Below the pieces are notes generated by a model that searched no databases, had not been told where the DNA came from, and saw nothing but the letters and a program-made list of their open reading frames with translations. DNA of 63,975 bases, filler included, from Octopus bimaculoides (Eukaryota), in assembly GCF_001194135.2 (NCBI RefSeq). It is 7 parts of 6 records of this genome, joined end to end, with 100 filler letters (N's around TTAATTAATTAA, not from the genome) between each part and the next. Parts side by side here need not be neighbours in the genome. Positions count along the whole stretch, not along the records: positions 42,420 to 57,142 come from NC_068986.1; positions 57,243 to 58,529 come from NC_068989.1; positions 58,630 to 60,454 come from NW_026372057.1; positions 60,555 to 62,855 come from NC_068985.1; positions 62,956 to 63,975 come from NW_026328896.1; 2 more parts are not named here. One strand, 5' to 3'. The stretch's first letter is position 1; each line of letters begins with the position of its first letter. Positions 52,488 through 63,975 of the stretch are shown piece by piece. The translations under genes were made by a program, and so were the position numbers.

Positions 52488-52689
52488 ATTTCTGTTATAG
52501 GAACAAGGCCTGAAACTTCGGGGGAAGGGTAAGTCAATTACATCGATCCCAGTGCTCAACTGGTACATATCTTATCGAACTCCGAAAGGAAAAGTCAACC
52601 TCACTGGAATTTGAACTCAGAACGCAAAGACGGACGAAATACCGCTAAGCATAATACCCGGCATGCTAACGTGTCTGCCAGCTCGCCGC
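52488..52689 (-). mobile_element. tRNA-derived SINE family 2
   Basis: Reverse complement begins GCGGCGAGCTGGCAGACACGTTAGCATGCCGGG and contains GAGTTCAAATTCC and CACTGGGATCGATGTAATTGAC. Confidence 0.88.
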
Positions 52690-53074
52690 TTTCTGCTGCT
52701 TTATCGATTAATACTCGCCAATATTTTAGATCTAGCATATCTCACCCACAATTATTCGTTCTTCTGTTGAAGGCGTTTGGACTATTACACCAAGTAGTTG
52801 GACTATTACTTCTCTCTATTTTACTCACGTCCTCCCCTCTCTTTTTAAGTTCTGACTGCCTCCTCTTCCTATCTTCTTTGTTACATACATAGAAAAAGAA
52901 CATACATACAATTAACATTGTATTTTCATTTATACCACTCGACTCTTAGATCTCTTACTCTATTTCTCTTCCTCTTTTTAACGATATATCTCTCTCAAAG
53001 CACCTCTATCATCACGCTTTCATTTTCTCCACAAACCCCTACTTAATGTATATTTAACATTTGATTTTTACGTG

Positions 53075-53278
53075 TTTCAGTCATAGATCTTCAGCCATGC
53101 AGGAATACCGCCTAGAAAGGTTTTTAGTCGAACAAGTCGATCCTAGTACTTTTTTAAAAGGTCCTGGTACGTATTCTAACGGTCTTTTTCACCGAACCAC
53201 TAAGGTACGGAGTGTAAACAAATTAACACTGGTTGTCAAGCGATAGAAGCGGGGACAAACACACACGCACACAAATGC

Positions 53279-53336
<58 letters not shown>

Positions 53337-53512
53337 GTAGGCAGATAGATAGATAGATAAATAGATAGATAGATACGACGGGCTCCCACGCAGCTTCCCA
53401 CAACCAAATTCATTTACAAGGTATTGGTCAGCCCTGAGCTACAGTCGAAGACACTTGCCCAAGCAGTTACAAAGCGAGTTTCTTACCCACACAGCTATAT
53501 GTGCGCCTACAC
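53075..53512 (-). mobile_element. SINE family 1, diverged copy with internal (GATA)n and B-box region deleted
   Basis: Tail and body colinear. The internal repeat is (GATA)n at 53279-53374. GACACTTGCCCAAG joins almost directly to ...TTACCCACACAGC. Confidence 0.78.
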
Positions 53513-54009
53513 ACAACCATTTAAAACATGCCATTTAAAAAAAAAAAATTATAAATTTTATTTTGAAAATTTAGCAACAGAAAAGTCTCCTGGTCTAATA
53601 AGGACCAACCGTTAAAGATTTCTAGATGGTTCTATAATTGTTCATTATATATTCCATTACTCACTTTAACTTCATTTTCGTTTGGCATCAACTAAGCGAA
53701 ACAACACAATTCATCACGAATCAATAAAATTAAGAAATAAACATTTATAACTTCACGATCTATGTTTTGAGTCCATAATTTGATAGTAGCTACTAGTTTC
53801 ACAGTTGACCCTTCAAATATGCATGTATGTATGTATGTATGTATGTATGTATGTATATGCATGTGTGCATGCATATGTATCTGTGTATGTACATGTGTGT
53901 ATGCTTACTGTTGAGAGTAAGATCAATACTCTCGTGCTGCGTCGGTAATTACTTGTAGTTCTGTTCAAGTTATACTATCTCTATGGCACTTCACATACGC
54001 AGGGATGTT

Positions 54010-54160
54010 CAGTTACCGATGCAGTCGTCTTTGTTTTAGCACGGTTTCTGTCAGGGCTGAACAGCTCGTCGTCAGATCTGTGCGGTATGAGGCTTGGACA
54101 TAAGTAATAGTTTGCCATCGAGCATTGCTGAGAGGAAAATGGGAAAAAGCATAAGAGTAG
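54010..54160 (-). mobile_element. RTE-BovB-like LINE RT remnant
   Basis: Minus strand FPIFLSAML and, after a frameshift, RSDDELFSPDRNRAKTKTT resemble LFSIFxSAML...RxDGxLFNxxxxRAKTK just before the YADD box. Confidence 0.55.
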
Positions 54161-54559
54161 TTATCAACTAAAGACTATTGATGTTAGGGAATATTAGTCA
54201 CCGACAACCCTAAGCATTTTACTACTATCATTCACACCAACAAAATGAAAGTTGATACATTATTTGAGTTTAGGAAAGCTTTCTATTTCATAACACTGCA
54301 CTTCAGATTAAAGAGGGAAATTTCGACATTTTCGGCGTAAGCAAAAGAAAGCAAAGGACGTAGTAGGCCTTTATATCATAGAAGATGTGTGCGAGAATGT
54401 CTTTGTATTCACAGGATTGCATGGCTTATTGGTTCTTAGTTAATTTGATTCACAAAACACCGAGTCAGTAAAAGTGCAAAAATTCTTTAAGAAATTGAGC
54501 TTTTCTGTAATAGCTGAGGCACCATTAAAATAATCAACTTCATAGATGCTACACTCAAT

Positions 54560-55400
54560 ATCAAGAAATCACTATACTCTCCCAACGAAGAGTTTCCAGA
54601 AAAAATTAACTATACTAAGAAATATTCTGAGCACCTTAAGAGCATTATTAAAAATTTTGTAAGGAATATATCGCGAAATCTACCATCCTTTCTAATGCAG
54701 AAGCTTCCAAATAAAATTTTGAGTATGGCCACAAAGCCGTGCAAAACGATGGATGCATTGAACAAGTTAAACACGTTGCAAGCATACAATTTCACCCTGC
54801 CAAATATAAGAAAGACATATAAATTCGTATAATCCACTTTATAACAAGCAAAACCTCATAACCAGACATCTCTTTAAATTATTACACAAACACTTCCCAC
54901 CGCACCGTAAATATTACAGAATATTACGCCAAAGCAAGGCAACATTAGCCTATTCCCTCACCAGACATATCTGCCAAATTACAGGTACTTACAATGTAAT
55001 TTTTTAGATTAAAAGAACACAATCACCAAAACACTTTGAACAACAACTGCACCAATTCAAGCACCTGCATGTTACAAAGAAACAACTAAACAAAATATAT
55101 AATATACGGCGCATACTTAAAACCAGCATATCTCTTCGTATTAACGACGTACGACACAAAAACATAAATACCAATGTAAACAGCATACAAAATTCATTTC
55201 GGAACTCAACACATTTGTTTTTACTTCTTTATCCGCATACATGTAACCCCTAAAAAAACTCTAACACATCTTACTCACAAAACATGATCACTGCCAACAT
55301 TGTACATTGAAATAATTCAAAATCCTGTTTTTCGACTTCCAGCTTCTCAATAAACACTCAGAAATAATTTCGATCTCTAGATACAGGACATTCCGAATTA
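54560..55400 (+). mobile_element. Penelope-like element 3' region (IIWFNPP / LLNKRSE type), decayed
   Basis: RHINSYNPLYN...LFKLLHKHFPPHRKYYRIL...LAYS from 54813 and CQHCTLK*FKILFFDFQLLNKHSEIISISRY near 55290-55390 match conserved linker and C-terminal PLE motifs. Confidence 0.65.
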
Positions 55401-55604
55401 TTTTCTTATTGTCTCTCTTCCAACAAAGCGAGAAGTTTCTTTAATGTGTTGCTATAGCAAACAATGAAATTGAAATTCTTCTATTTTGAGGGTTCTCACA
55501 CCCAGACATGCTGGAAACTCCACACATACTGTTTTCTCTTCAAAACGGTAACCCACAAATGGATAAACACACACATTGGATTTCACATACGTACATACAT
55601 ACAT

Positions 55605-55642
<38 letters not shown>

Positions 55643-55650
55643 GCACACAC

Positions 55651-55689
<39 letters not shown>

Positions 55690-55964
55690 NNNNNNNNNNN
55701 NNNNNNNNNNNNNNNNNNNNNNNNNNNNNNNNNNNNNNNNNNNNNNNNNNNNNNNNNNNNNNNNNNNNNNNNNNNNNNNNNNNNNNNNNNNNNNNNNNNN
55801 NNNNNNNNNNNNNNNNNNNNNNNNNNNNNNNNNNNNNNNNNNNNNNNNNNNNNNNNNNNNNNNNNNNNNNNNNNNNNNNNNNNNNNNNNNNNNNNNNNNN
55901 NNNNNNNNNNNNNNNNNNNNNNNNNNNNNNNNNNNNNNNNNNNNNNNNNNGATGGGAGACTGAA

Positions 55965-56312
55965 TCCATCGCCAGTACTTTTCAACACCTTCAACATCTT
56001 CCAAAGGAGCATTATGCAGGAGACACTACGTGTGGCTTCTACACTTACATTTCCATCGGAAGAGGTCACTTCTTTGCAACCCGCATTTTGCTGACAATAT
56101 CGACCTTATGCAAGGCAGCGAAGCAGGACCCCAGGAACTCACTACAAAACTGGAAAGATCGCCAAGAGCATAGGGAACGGGAGTCAGATCAGAAAAAAAA
56201 AAGATTCTAATTAATAGCCACAGCTAGAATACAACAACCAACATGTTATTCAGCGGTCGAGAACTTGAAGAAATAAACAACTTCAAATATACGGATCCAC
56301 TTTGAGCAGGAT
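55965..56312 (+). mobile_element. RTE-clade LINE reverse transcriptase fragment
   Basis: SPVLFN...IFQRSIMQETL, ISIGRG, HFADNIDLMQGSEAGPQELTTKLE...GVRSEKKKILINS...ELEEINNFKY cover RT domains 4-7 (FADD box as FADN). Confidence 0.85.
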
Positions 56313-56837
56313 TAGTCACCCCCTTCAGTGCATCTCACCATCTGCAACATTGCCATACATCATGTTATTCGTCTGTGTCGTGAGCGACAACTTTTCGCCT
56401 TAAAATTGACGACCGGTCAGGGATTAATAACCACGTTGATTTCCTCTAATACCACTATATTCCCTCTTAACATCTCCCCACCTACGCTCTCACCCCGTCT
56501 CTGTACACATTCACAATCCTGTCTCCGTACACATTCATCCTGCCACCAATAACGCTCCTCATCTATTGCACATAAGCACATAGATTTATGCCTTATTCTA
56601 CCCACACAACAGTACACTACATTACTAACACAAAATAATAAATAAATACATAAATAAATAAATAGAAATGGGAACTGAAGCCAGAGAAAATCAAAGTGTT
56701 CAACTAGGTAACGCAAGAACTATGTATGTGTGTGTGTTGTGTGTGTATCAACGCATTTCTATATTTACACCAGTCTAATACCTCTCTTTATATTGAGTAC
56801 TTTTAAATCCTATAACAAAGCAGGTCGACAGATGGAG

Positions 56838-56925
56838 AATGATAAAACGAGTACCGATTGAAAGAAGTACTGGAATCGATATTATCAATTAAACCCTAGA
56901 AGCCGCAGTTCAATATCTGAAACCA
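56838..56925 (+). mobile_element. Possible very old SINE family 1 3' remnant
   Basis: GATAAAACGAGTACC...TACTGGAATCGAT...GCCGCAGTTCAATATCTGAAAC. Confidence 0.4.
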
Positions 56926-56971
56926 ATAGATTAAACGAATTTGTGCATGCAGAGTTCAGAAAACTGATAAC

Positions 56972-57046
<75 letters not shown>

Positions 57047-57242
57047 CGTGTGTGAGAGTAAAATTGAGTAAAATATAGCGTCGGCATTTTCATCTAAAAA
57101 TTTAGTTTAATGTATTTCTTCCTTCACATTAGACATAGAAGANNNNNNNNNNNNNNNNNNNNNNNNNNNNNNNNNNNNNNNNNNNNTTAATTAATTAANN
57201 NNNNNNNNNNNNNNNNNNNNNNNNNNNNNNNNNNNNNNNNNN

Positions 57243-57274
<32 letters not shown>

Positions 57275-57277
<3 letters not shown>

Positions 57278-57812
57278 AGAAATACCTAGCCAAAGATAAA
57301 CCTCTGTACTTGGCTTTTGTTGACTTGAAGAAAGCTTTTGACGGAGTCTCCTGATTCATTATCTGGTGGTCAATGTGAAAACTAGGGATAGACAAGTGAC
57401 AAGTGAGAGCTGTACAACCCTTGTACAGGGATTCTACCAGAAAGGTGAGGGTGGGCAACGAGTATAGTGAAGAATTCCGGGTAGAATTAGGGGTTCACCA
57501 AGGATCAGTGCTCAGACCCCTCTTGTTCATCATAGTCCTCCAGGCAATAATGAAGGAATTCAAGACAGGCTACCCCTGGGAGCTCCTCTTTGCTGATGAC
57601 CTTGCTCTGATAGCTGAATCACTACCTGAGTATGGAAACAAGGTCTAGAATTAAAGGGGCCTTAGAGTTAACCTAGGAAAAACCAAAGTCATAGTAAGTA
57701 GGAAGGCAGACAAATCACACATCCCCTCAGGTAGATATCCCTGCTCAATCTGTAGAAAAAGTTTAGGTAAAAACTCCATAAGATGCACTCAGTGTAAGAT
57801 TTGGACACACAA
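57275..57812 (+). mobile_element. RTE-clade LINE, RT core fragment (copy A)
   Basis: EKYLAKDKPLYLAFVDLKKAFD...GVHQGSVLRPLLFIIVLQ...PWELLFADDLALIAES...VNLGKTKV...PCSICRK...RCTQCKIWTH. Confidence 0.95.
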
Positions 57813-58371
57813 ATCGCTGTGATCTCACTTGACTTGCCGGGTCTTCTCAATCACAGCATATCTGCAAAGGTCTCAGTTGCTTGTCATTGCCTCTGTGAGG
57901 CCCAATGTTTGAAGGTCGTGCTTCACCACCTCATCCCATGTCTTTCTGGGTCTGCCTCTTCCACAGATTCCTTCCAGTGTTAGGGCGTGACTCTTCTTCA
58001 CATGGCTGTCCCCATCCATATACAATACATGACCATGCCAGCATAGTCGTCTCTCTTGCACACCACATCTGATGCTTCTTTTGTCCAACTTTTCTCTGTC
58101 ATGTAGGCACACTGACATTACACATACTAGCTTTATTCCTTTCAAGCCTACGCATGTCCTCAGCAGTCACAGCCCATGTTTCACTGCCATGTAGCATGGC
58201 TGTTCACACACATGCATCAAACAGTGTACATTTCACTCTGAGCAAGAGGCCCTTTGTTACCAGCTGAGGTAGAAGCTCTCTGAACTTTGCCCAGGCTATT
58301 CCTATTCTAGCAGCTATGCTCTCAGAGCATCCACCCCCACTACTGACTTGGTCACTTAGGTAATGGAAGCT

Positions 58372-58374
<3 letters not shown>
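57813..58374 (-). mobile_element. RTE-clade LINE, 3' end (copy B)
   Basis: DSFHYLSDQVSSGGGCSESIAARIGIAWAKFRELLP...MLHGSETWA...RRLCWHGHVLYMD...GRGRPRKTWDEVVKHDL (ORFs 58204-58434 and 57873-58145). Confidence 0.95.
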
Positions 58375-58402
<28 letters not shown>

Positions 58403-58408
<6 letters not shown>

Positions 58409-58529
58409 CTCCAGGCAATCACAGAGGAGTTCAAGACAGGTTGCCCCTGGGAGCTCCTCTATGCTGATGACCTTGCCCTAATTGCGGAGTCACTATCAGA
58501 ACTAGAGGAGAAGTTTCAGGTGTGGAAGC
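58403..58529 (+). mobile_element. RTE-clade LINE, YADD-box fragment (copy C)
   Basis: IVLQAITEEFKTGCPWELLYADDLALIAESLSELEEKFQVWK, paralogous to 57530-57630. Confidence 0.93.
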
Positions 58530-58629
58530 NNNNNNNNNNNNNNNNNNNNNNNNNNNNNNNNNNNNNNNNNNNNTTAATTAATTAANNNNNNNNNNNNNNN
58601 NNNNNNNNNNNNNNNNNNNNNNNNNNNNN

Positions 58630-58661
<32 letters not shown>

Positions 58662-59050
58662 GTGTGCGTGTGTGTGCATATACATATATTATATACCTTC
58701 ATGTTGTCTGGACCGAGATCCCGTTGATAGAAACCTGATGCCTAAAAATAAACTGTTCATACCTACGGCATACAAATTAATAGCGCTAGTTTTCTGTTTC
58801 GACTATAATTGTTGAGTATACATGCAGATCAGCAACTTGCTTGTCACGGATTGGTCAAATTGATGTAGAAGTGTCTGATGAAAACTGAATAACATACGAA
58901 AATCGATTAAGGTTTTTCTATCAGCGTTTCAATCTACGGAGAAATAGCAAAATTATTCATGTTTATATAGTTGCTCTCTGTTTGTATGTATGTGTGTACG
59001 TGTGTGTGTGTGTGTATATATAATACCTATATATATATATAGTACATACA

Positions 59051-59192
59051 CTTTTCTTTTACTCTTTGATGTATTTCCTTCATTTGACTGCGGCCATGCT
59101 GGAGCACCACCTTTTCGTCGAGCAAATTGACCTCCGGACTAATTCTTTGAAAGCCTAGAATTTATGATATCGGGCTCTTTTGCCGAACCGCT
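59051..59192 (-). mobile_element. SINE family 1, 3' half
   Basis: TTTTACTCTTT...CATTTGACTGCGGCCATGCTGGAGCACCAC...TTTTGCCGAACCGCT. Confidence 0.88.
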
Positions 59193-60554
59193 ATATATAT
59201 ATATATATATATATNNNNNNNNNNNNNNNNNNNNNNNNNNNNNNNNNNNNNNNNNNNNNNNNNNNNNNNNNNNNNNNNNNNNNNNNNNNNNNNNNNNNNN
59301 NNNNNNNNNNNNNNNNNNNNNNNNNNNNNNNNNNNNNNNNNNNNNNNNNNNNNNNNNNNNNNNNNNNNNNNNNNNNNNNNNNNNNNNNNNNNNNNNNNNN
59401 NNNNNNNNNNNNNNNNNNNNNNNNNNNNNNNNNNNNNNNNNNNNNNNNNNNNNNNNNNNNNNNNNNNNNNNNNNNNNNNNNNNNNNNNNNNNNNNNNNNN
59501 NNNNNNNNNNNNNNNNNNNNNNNNNNNNNNNNNNNNNNNNNNNNNNNNNNNNNNNNNNNNNNNNNNNNNNNNNNNNNNNNNNNNNNNNNNNNNNNNNNNN
59601 NNNNNNNNNNNNNNNNNNNNNNNNNNNNNNNNNNNNNNNNNNNNNNNNNNNNNNNNNNNNNNNNNNNNNNNNNNNNNNNNNNNNNNNNNNNNNNNNNNNN
59701 NNNNNNNNNNNNNNNNNNNNNNNNNNNNNNNNNNNNNNNNNNNNNNNNNNNNNNNNNNNNNNNNNNNNNNNNNNNNNNNNNNNNNNNNNNNNNNNNNNNN
59801 NNNNNNNNNNNNNNNNNNNNNNNNNNNNNNNNNNNNNNNNNNNNNNNNNNNNNNNNNNNNNNNNNNNNNNNNNNNNNNNNNNNNNNNNNNNNNNNNNNNN
59901 NNNNNNNNNNNNNNNNNNNNNNNNNNNNNNNNNNNNNNNNNNNNNNNNNNNNNNNNNNNNNNNNNNNNNNNNNNNNNNNNNNNNNNNNNNNNNNNNNNNN
60001 NNNNNNNNNNNNNNNNNNNNNNNNNNNNNNNNNNNNNNTTTATATATATATATATGCGCTAGACATATACATATGTATATACACACACAATTATGCATAG
60101 ATATATATGTGCTTCTGCACATGTATGTGTAAAGATGAAATTAACACACCCGGGATATCTTGAGTCATAGCTCTGCTGAATGAGTGCACAAGGGACTAGG
60201 ATTCAAATTAAAAACATCTGCAGCAGTAGCAGAACCTCTACCGCAAAATACTCCCCCACCAAAAAAACAAAGCAAAAAAAAAAAAAATCAAAACAAAAGA
60301 AAAAAATCCCAAAGATTTCTGAGCGAGTAATTCCTGCAGGCGCATTATTCAAATTAGTTTTCTCTGCTTCAAGTTAATGCAGCCCTCAACATGGATAAAG
60401 ACATTTCTAAATTACATTGGTCTGACAGAAGAACTGAATGATTCAGGGAAACAANNNNNNNNNNNNNNNNNNNNNNNNNNNNNNNNNNNNNNNNNNNNTT
60501 AATTAATTAANNNNNNNNNNNNNNNNNNNNNNNNNNNNNNNNNNNNNNNNNNNN

Positions 60555-60687
60555 GCAATCTGTGTGGGTGTTTTTTCAAAACACTGTCTGGTTTAAAAAG
60601 CCACATCAGACGCCATGAAAGGGCTAAGGTGTAGGTGCAGGAGGTGGTCAAACTCTGTTTAAGGAGTAGACAACCACCATGTATGTA

Positions 60688-60690
<3 letters not shown>
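60555..60690 (+). mobile_element. Terminal C2H2 zinc finger, stop codon and short 3' tail; probable RTE LINE 3' end
   Basis: (C)NLCGCFFKTLSGLKSHIRRHERAKV* has C-x2-C-x12-H-x3-H spacing; the first Cys codon is NGC at the gap edge. Stop at 60632-60634, then ~45 nt and an (ATGT)n tail. Confidence 0.55.
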
Positions 60691-60735
<45 letters not shown>

Positions 60736-60785
60736 TATATATACATTTACATATACAAGTCCACACACATACAAATTCACACAAG

Positions 60786-60816
<31 letters not shown>

Positions 60817-62157
60817 GAGGCGATTGTTTTGTTTCTCCAGGTCGTATACTTCAGTATGTTCTTGAGCAGATCACTTCATTTTACATGATTCCGTTTTGCT
60901 TAGAATTAAAAAAATCAACAACAGTAGAGAAGTGATGATTTACTGTATAATAGAATGGCAATTCGTCCAAAGCGAGGGACGAATTCGTCCATGAGTCTCT
61001 GCTATGGAAATTGGTTATAACTGCGACCGAATAGAATCACGGGCTCGTGAACGACCTATTTATATGAATCAAATTATGTGCTGCTTCATTTCCAATTCTA
61101 TTTTATATTGCGCTTCTATTAAATTTAACGTGTTATTTGTTATTAGATTGTTTTAAGAAATCGAAAAACCGTTCGTGGTTCCGCAATCCTTTACGTTTTT
61201 CATAAACATTTACTTCGTTCATAATCTCATCATGTTCATCTTCTTTCACACATGAAAAAATTCTCACCGATCGTTTTTCAAAGAATTCAATATTTCAGAG
61301 GAGATAGCTGCTCTTTAGAAATTCTTTGAAGGTGTTGCTAGAGGAATATAAAGAACTGTTGAATTTTTCGAGTAAAAATCTGGTAATGTGCCCAAATGCA
61401 TATCTCTATAACAGCCTATATCGACATGTGTAACTTTCGGTGTAGCAGATTGTTTAAAGCGAGATAAAAAGAGAAAATCGGCAAACTTTGCAAGAGACGT
61501 GTTGACACGCCCAACGTATGTAGGTATGCATGTAATATATGGATATATTTATTTATATAAGTATGTGTGTGTGTGTGTNNNNNNNNNNNNNNNNNNNNNN
61601 NNNNNNNNNNNNNNNNNNNNNNNNNNNNNNNNNNNNNNNNNNNNNNNNNNNNNNNNNNNNNNNNNNNNNNNNNNNNNNNNNNNNNNNNNNNNNNNNNNNN
61701 NNNNNNNNNNNNNNNNNNNNNNNNNNNNNNNNNNNNNNNNNNNNNNNNNNNNNNNNNNNNNNNNNNNNNNNNNNNNNNNNNNNNNNNNNNNNNNNNNNNN
61801 NNNNNNNNNNNNNNNNNNNNNNNNNNNNNNNNNNNNNNNNNNNNNNNNNNNNNNNNNNNNNNNNNNNNNNNNNNNNNNNNNNNNNNNNNNNNNNNNNNNN
61901 NNNNNNNNNNNNNNNNNNNNNNNNNNNNNNNNNNNNNNNNNNAGGATTTGTTTACTGTACACAACGAAGCAAGAATTTTTATTAAAAAAAGCATTTATTC
62001 CGGGCATTTCAAAGACAAACACTTATCCACATATACATACACACGCAGGCACACACGCAGGCACACACGCGCACACTCACACACATGAGAACACATGTAA
62101 ATATGTGTATTTTCGTGTATGTTTGCATGAATGCATGCATATATATGCACGCATGAT

Positions 62158-62158
62158 A

Positions 62159-62209
<51 letters not shown>

Positions 62210-62225
62210 ATATATATATATATAT
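62158..62225. repeat. (TATC)n-(TA)n microsatellite
   Basis: Directly visible. Confidence 0.95.
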
Positions 62226-62820
62226 TGATACACACACGGAGACACACACACGCGCACACACGCATTCATTATGATTTTCATTTCTCATAGTTTCGATTAA
62301 TCTCTTTATATATACGAACAAATTAAACATTTTCACACCTTTCGTTTCTAAGATATATATCAGGAGACGAATTATAAAAGCAAGATAATTAAAATACGAA
62401 AAATTAAATAAAGATTTCAGAGAAAGAAACGCTTGCTGTTAAAAATCAACCACATTTCGCAATCATTTCGCACACATACTAATGTATGCAGAAGAAAAGT
62501 CATTTGGATGTGCATACGAACTCATACATATTCTCTCATAAATATCTGCATGTATATACACGTATCTTGATAATTAGCTATGTGCCTAGCTATCTACACA
62601 CGTATATGCATGTATACATACATACACGCATACATACGTACATACATTCAAACGTACATACAAACATACATACGTGCATACATATATGCTACGTACATAG
62701 ATGTAAATATATACATTCATACATATATTCATACATACATAAGCTAGTTCGCTATTTGTTAACACTTCTCTTCCATGGTTTGTCTTTTTCTTTCTTATAC
62801 TGTACATTGTAGGTACAATA

Positions 62821-62855
<35 letters not shown>

Positions 62856-63975
62856 NNNNNNNNNNNNNNNNNNNNNNNNNNNNNNNNNNNNNNNNNNNNT
62901 TAATTAATTAANNNNNNNNNNNNNNNNNNNNNNNNNNNNNNNNNNNNNNNNNNNNTATTTTTCCTTTATTGGAGCAAATTTAGCTTACAGCTGTTTCCAG
63001 TAGTCATTGTAGGTACATTATTGATAGGCTTACTCAACTGGTCTATTGTTCAATTGAGGGAAATTGAAGGATCTAAGAAAATTAATGCTATTTAAATCCA
63101 TTTCTAGTTATAATAAGCAGAGCCCTGGAGGAATGGCCACTGTATGGGGAAATGGGAAGAGAGAATGGAAATAGTCAAGTAGAAAGAGAACAGAGGAAGA
63201 CAGGTTACAAAAGGGTGAGTCATTTACTAGAAGTAGGAGCATTGTATTGCCAAATTTGGAAGAGGGACAGTTTAAAACATTAGTGTTTGTAGTCTGCTCA
63301 GCACCCATTACCATGTTAGCATTGTATATAGGTTAGATATGCTCCAGCTATTGCTTTGAAATTTGATATAGGCTTTTTATGGACATGGTCAGTCTAAGAT
63401 AGTAATGTTCAGTTTTGCTATCTAGCATAGTGGGGGAATAATGTTAGAAAATAAAAGAATACTGGTTGTAGTCATATTGTAGAGGTCAGGAATGCTCTTA
63501 TCCAGGATATAAATACTGATAGATTAAGAGATGTTGTAAAAATGGGATGATGTCAAGTTGAAAATTATATATAAATTCAGGTTAATCTGATTAGTCGGTT
63601 TTTAAAATCTTAAACTAACAGAAAGGGTTATGGATTAAAATTTGAACTGAAGTTAAAGTTTCTAAATTTAGCATTAAAGTAAACTAAGATGTAAAGGATT
63701 AGAATAAATTTGCAGAGTAATGTGTAATACCAAAACAACTATGATGAAGGTGACAATATCAACATCAATAACATCAATATCAAGAATACTAATATCAATA
63801 ATATTAATAAAATAAGATAATATTACAAATTAATAACAGAAATAACAATACCAATAACCATGGTGTAATAATAAAACAACAATAAGTGAGTAAGGGTCCC
63901 AATAATCCTGGAATGAAAAATAGGAAAGTATTTTGCCTGGATTGATAGTCTCTTATTATTTGTTTTGTTTTGTTA

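Noticed and set aside
63000-63620. Minus-strand SWIRAFLT peptide suggesting a CR1/jockey-type RT
   Set aside because: Single short motif; the neighbouring RT boxes are not recoverable.

Overview
AT-rich, repeat-dense, apparently non-coding animal genomic DNA with many N gaps. The SINE families resemble those I recognise from octopus, so a coleoid cephalopod source is likely (inference from recognition, no search run). I found no convincing host protein-coding exon. Nearly all ORFs in the supplied track are artefacts of microsatellites, N gaps or antisense transposon remnants. The window holds about 18 tRNA-derived SINE copies or fragments in four families. It also holds decayed RTE-clade LINEs, five Penelope-like element (PLE) fragments, two Tc1/mariner transposase pieces, one Chapaev3-like transposase remnant and many simple repeats. 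Six identical N44-TTAATTAATTAA-N44 spacers show that separate contigs were joined artificially. The most interesting signal is a set of hammerhead ribozyme (HHR) folds read directly from the sequence. These are a tandem minus-strand pair at 4.87-5.08 kb, four copies of a dispersed repeat carrying a minimal HHR (10.3, 17.3, 26.5, 28.1 kb), and a diverged ~300-bp repeat array at 31.3-32.9 kb with HHR-like motifs on both strands (more speculative).
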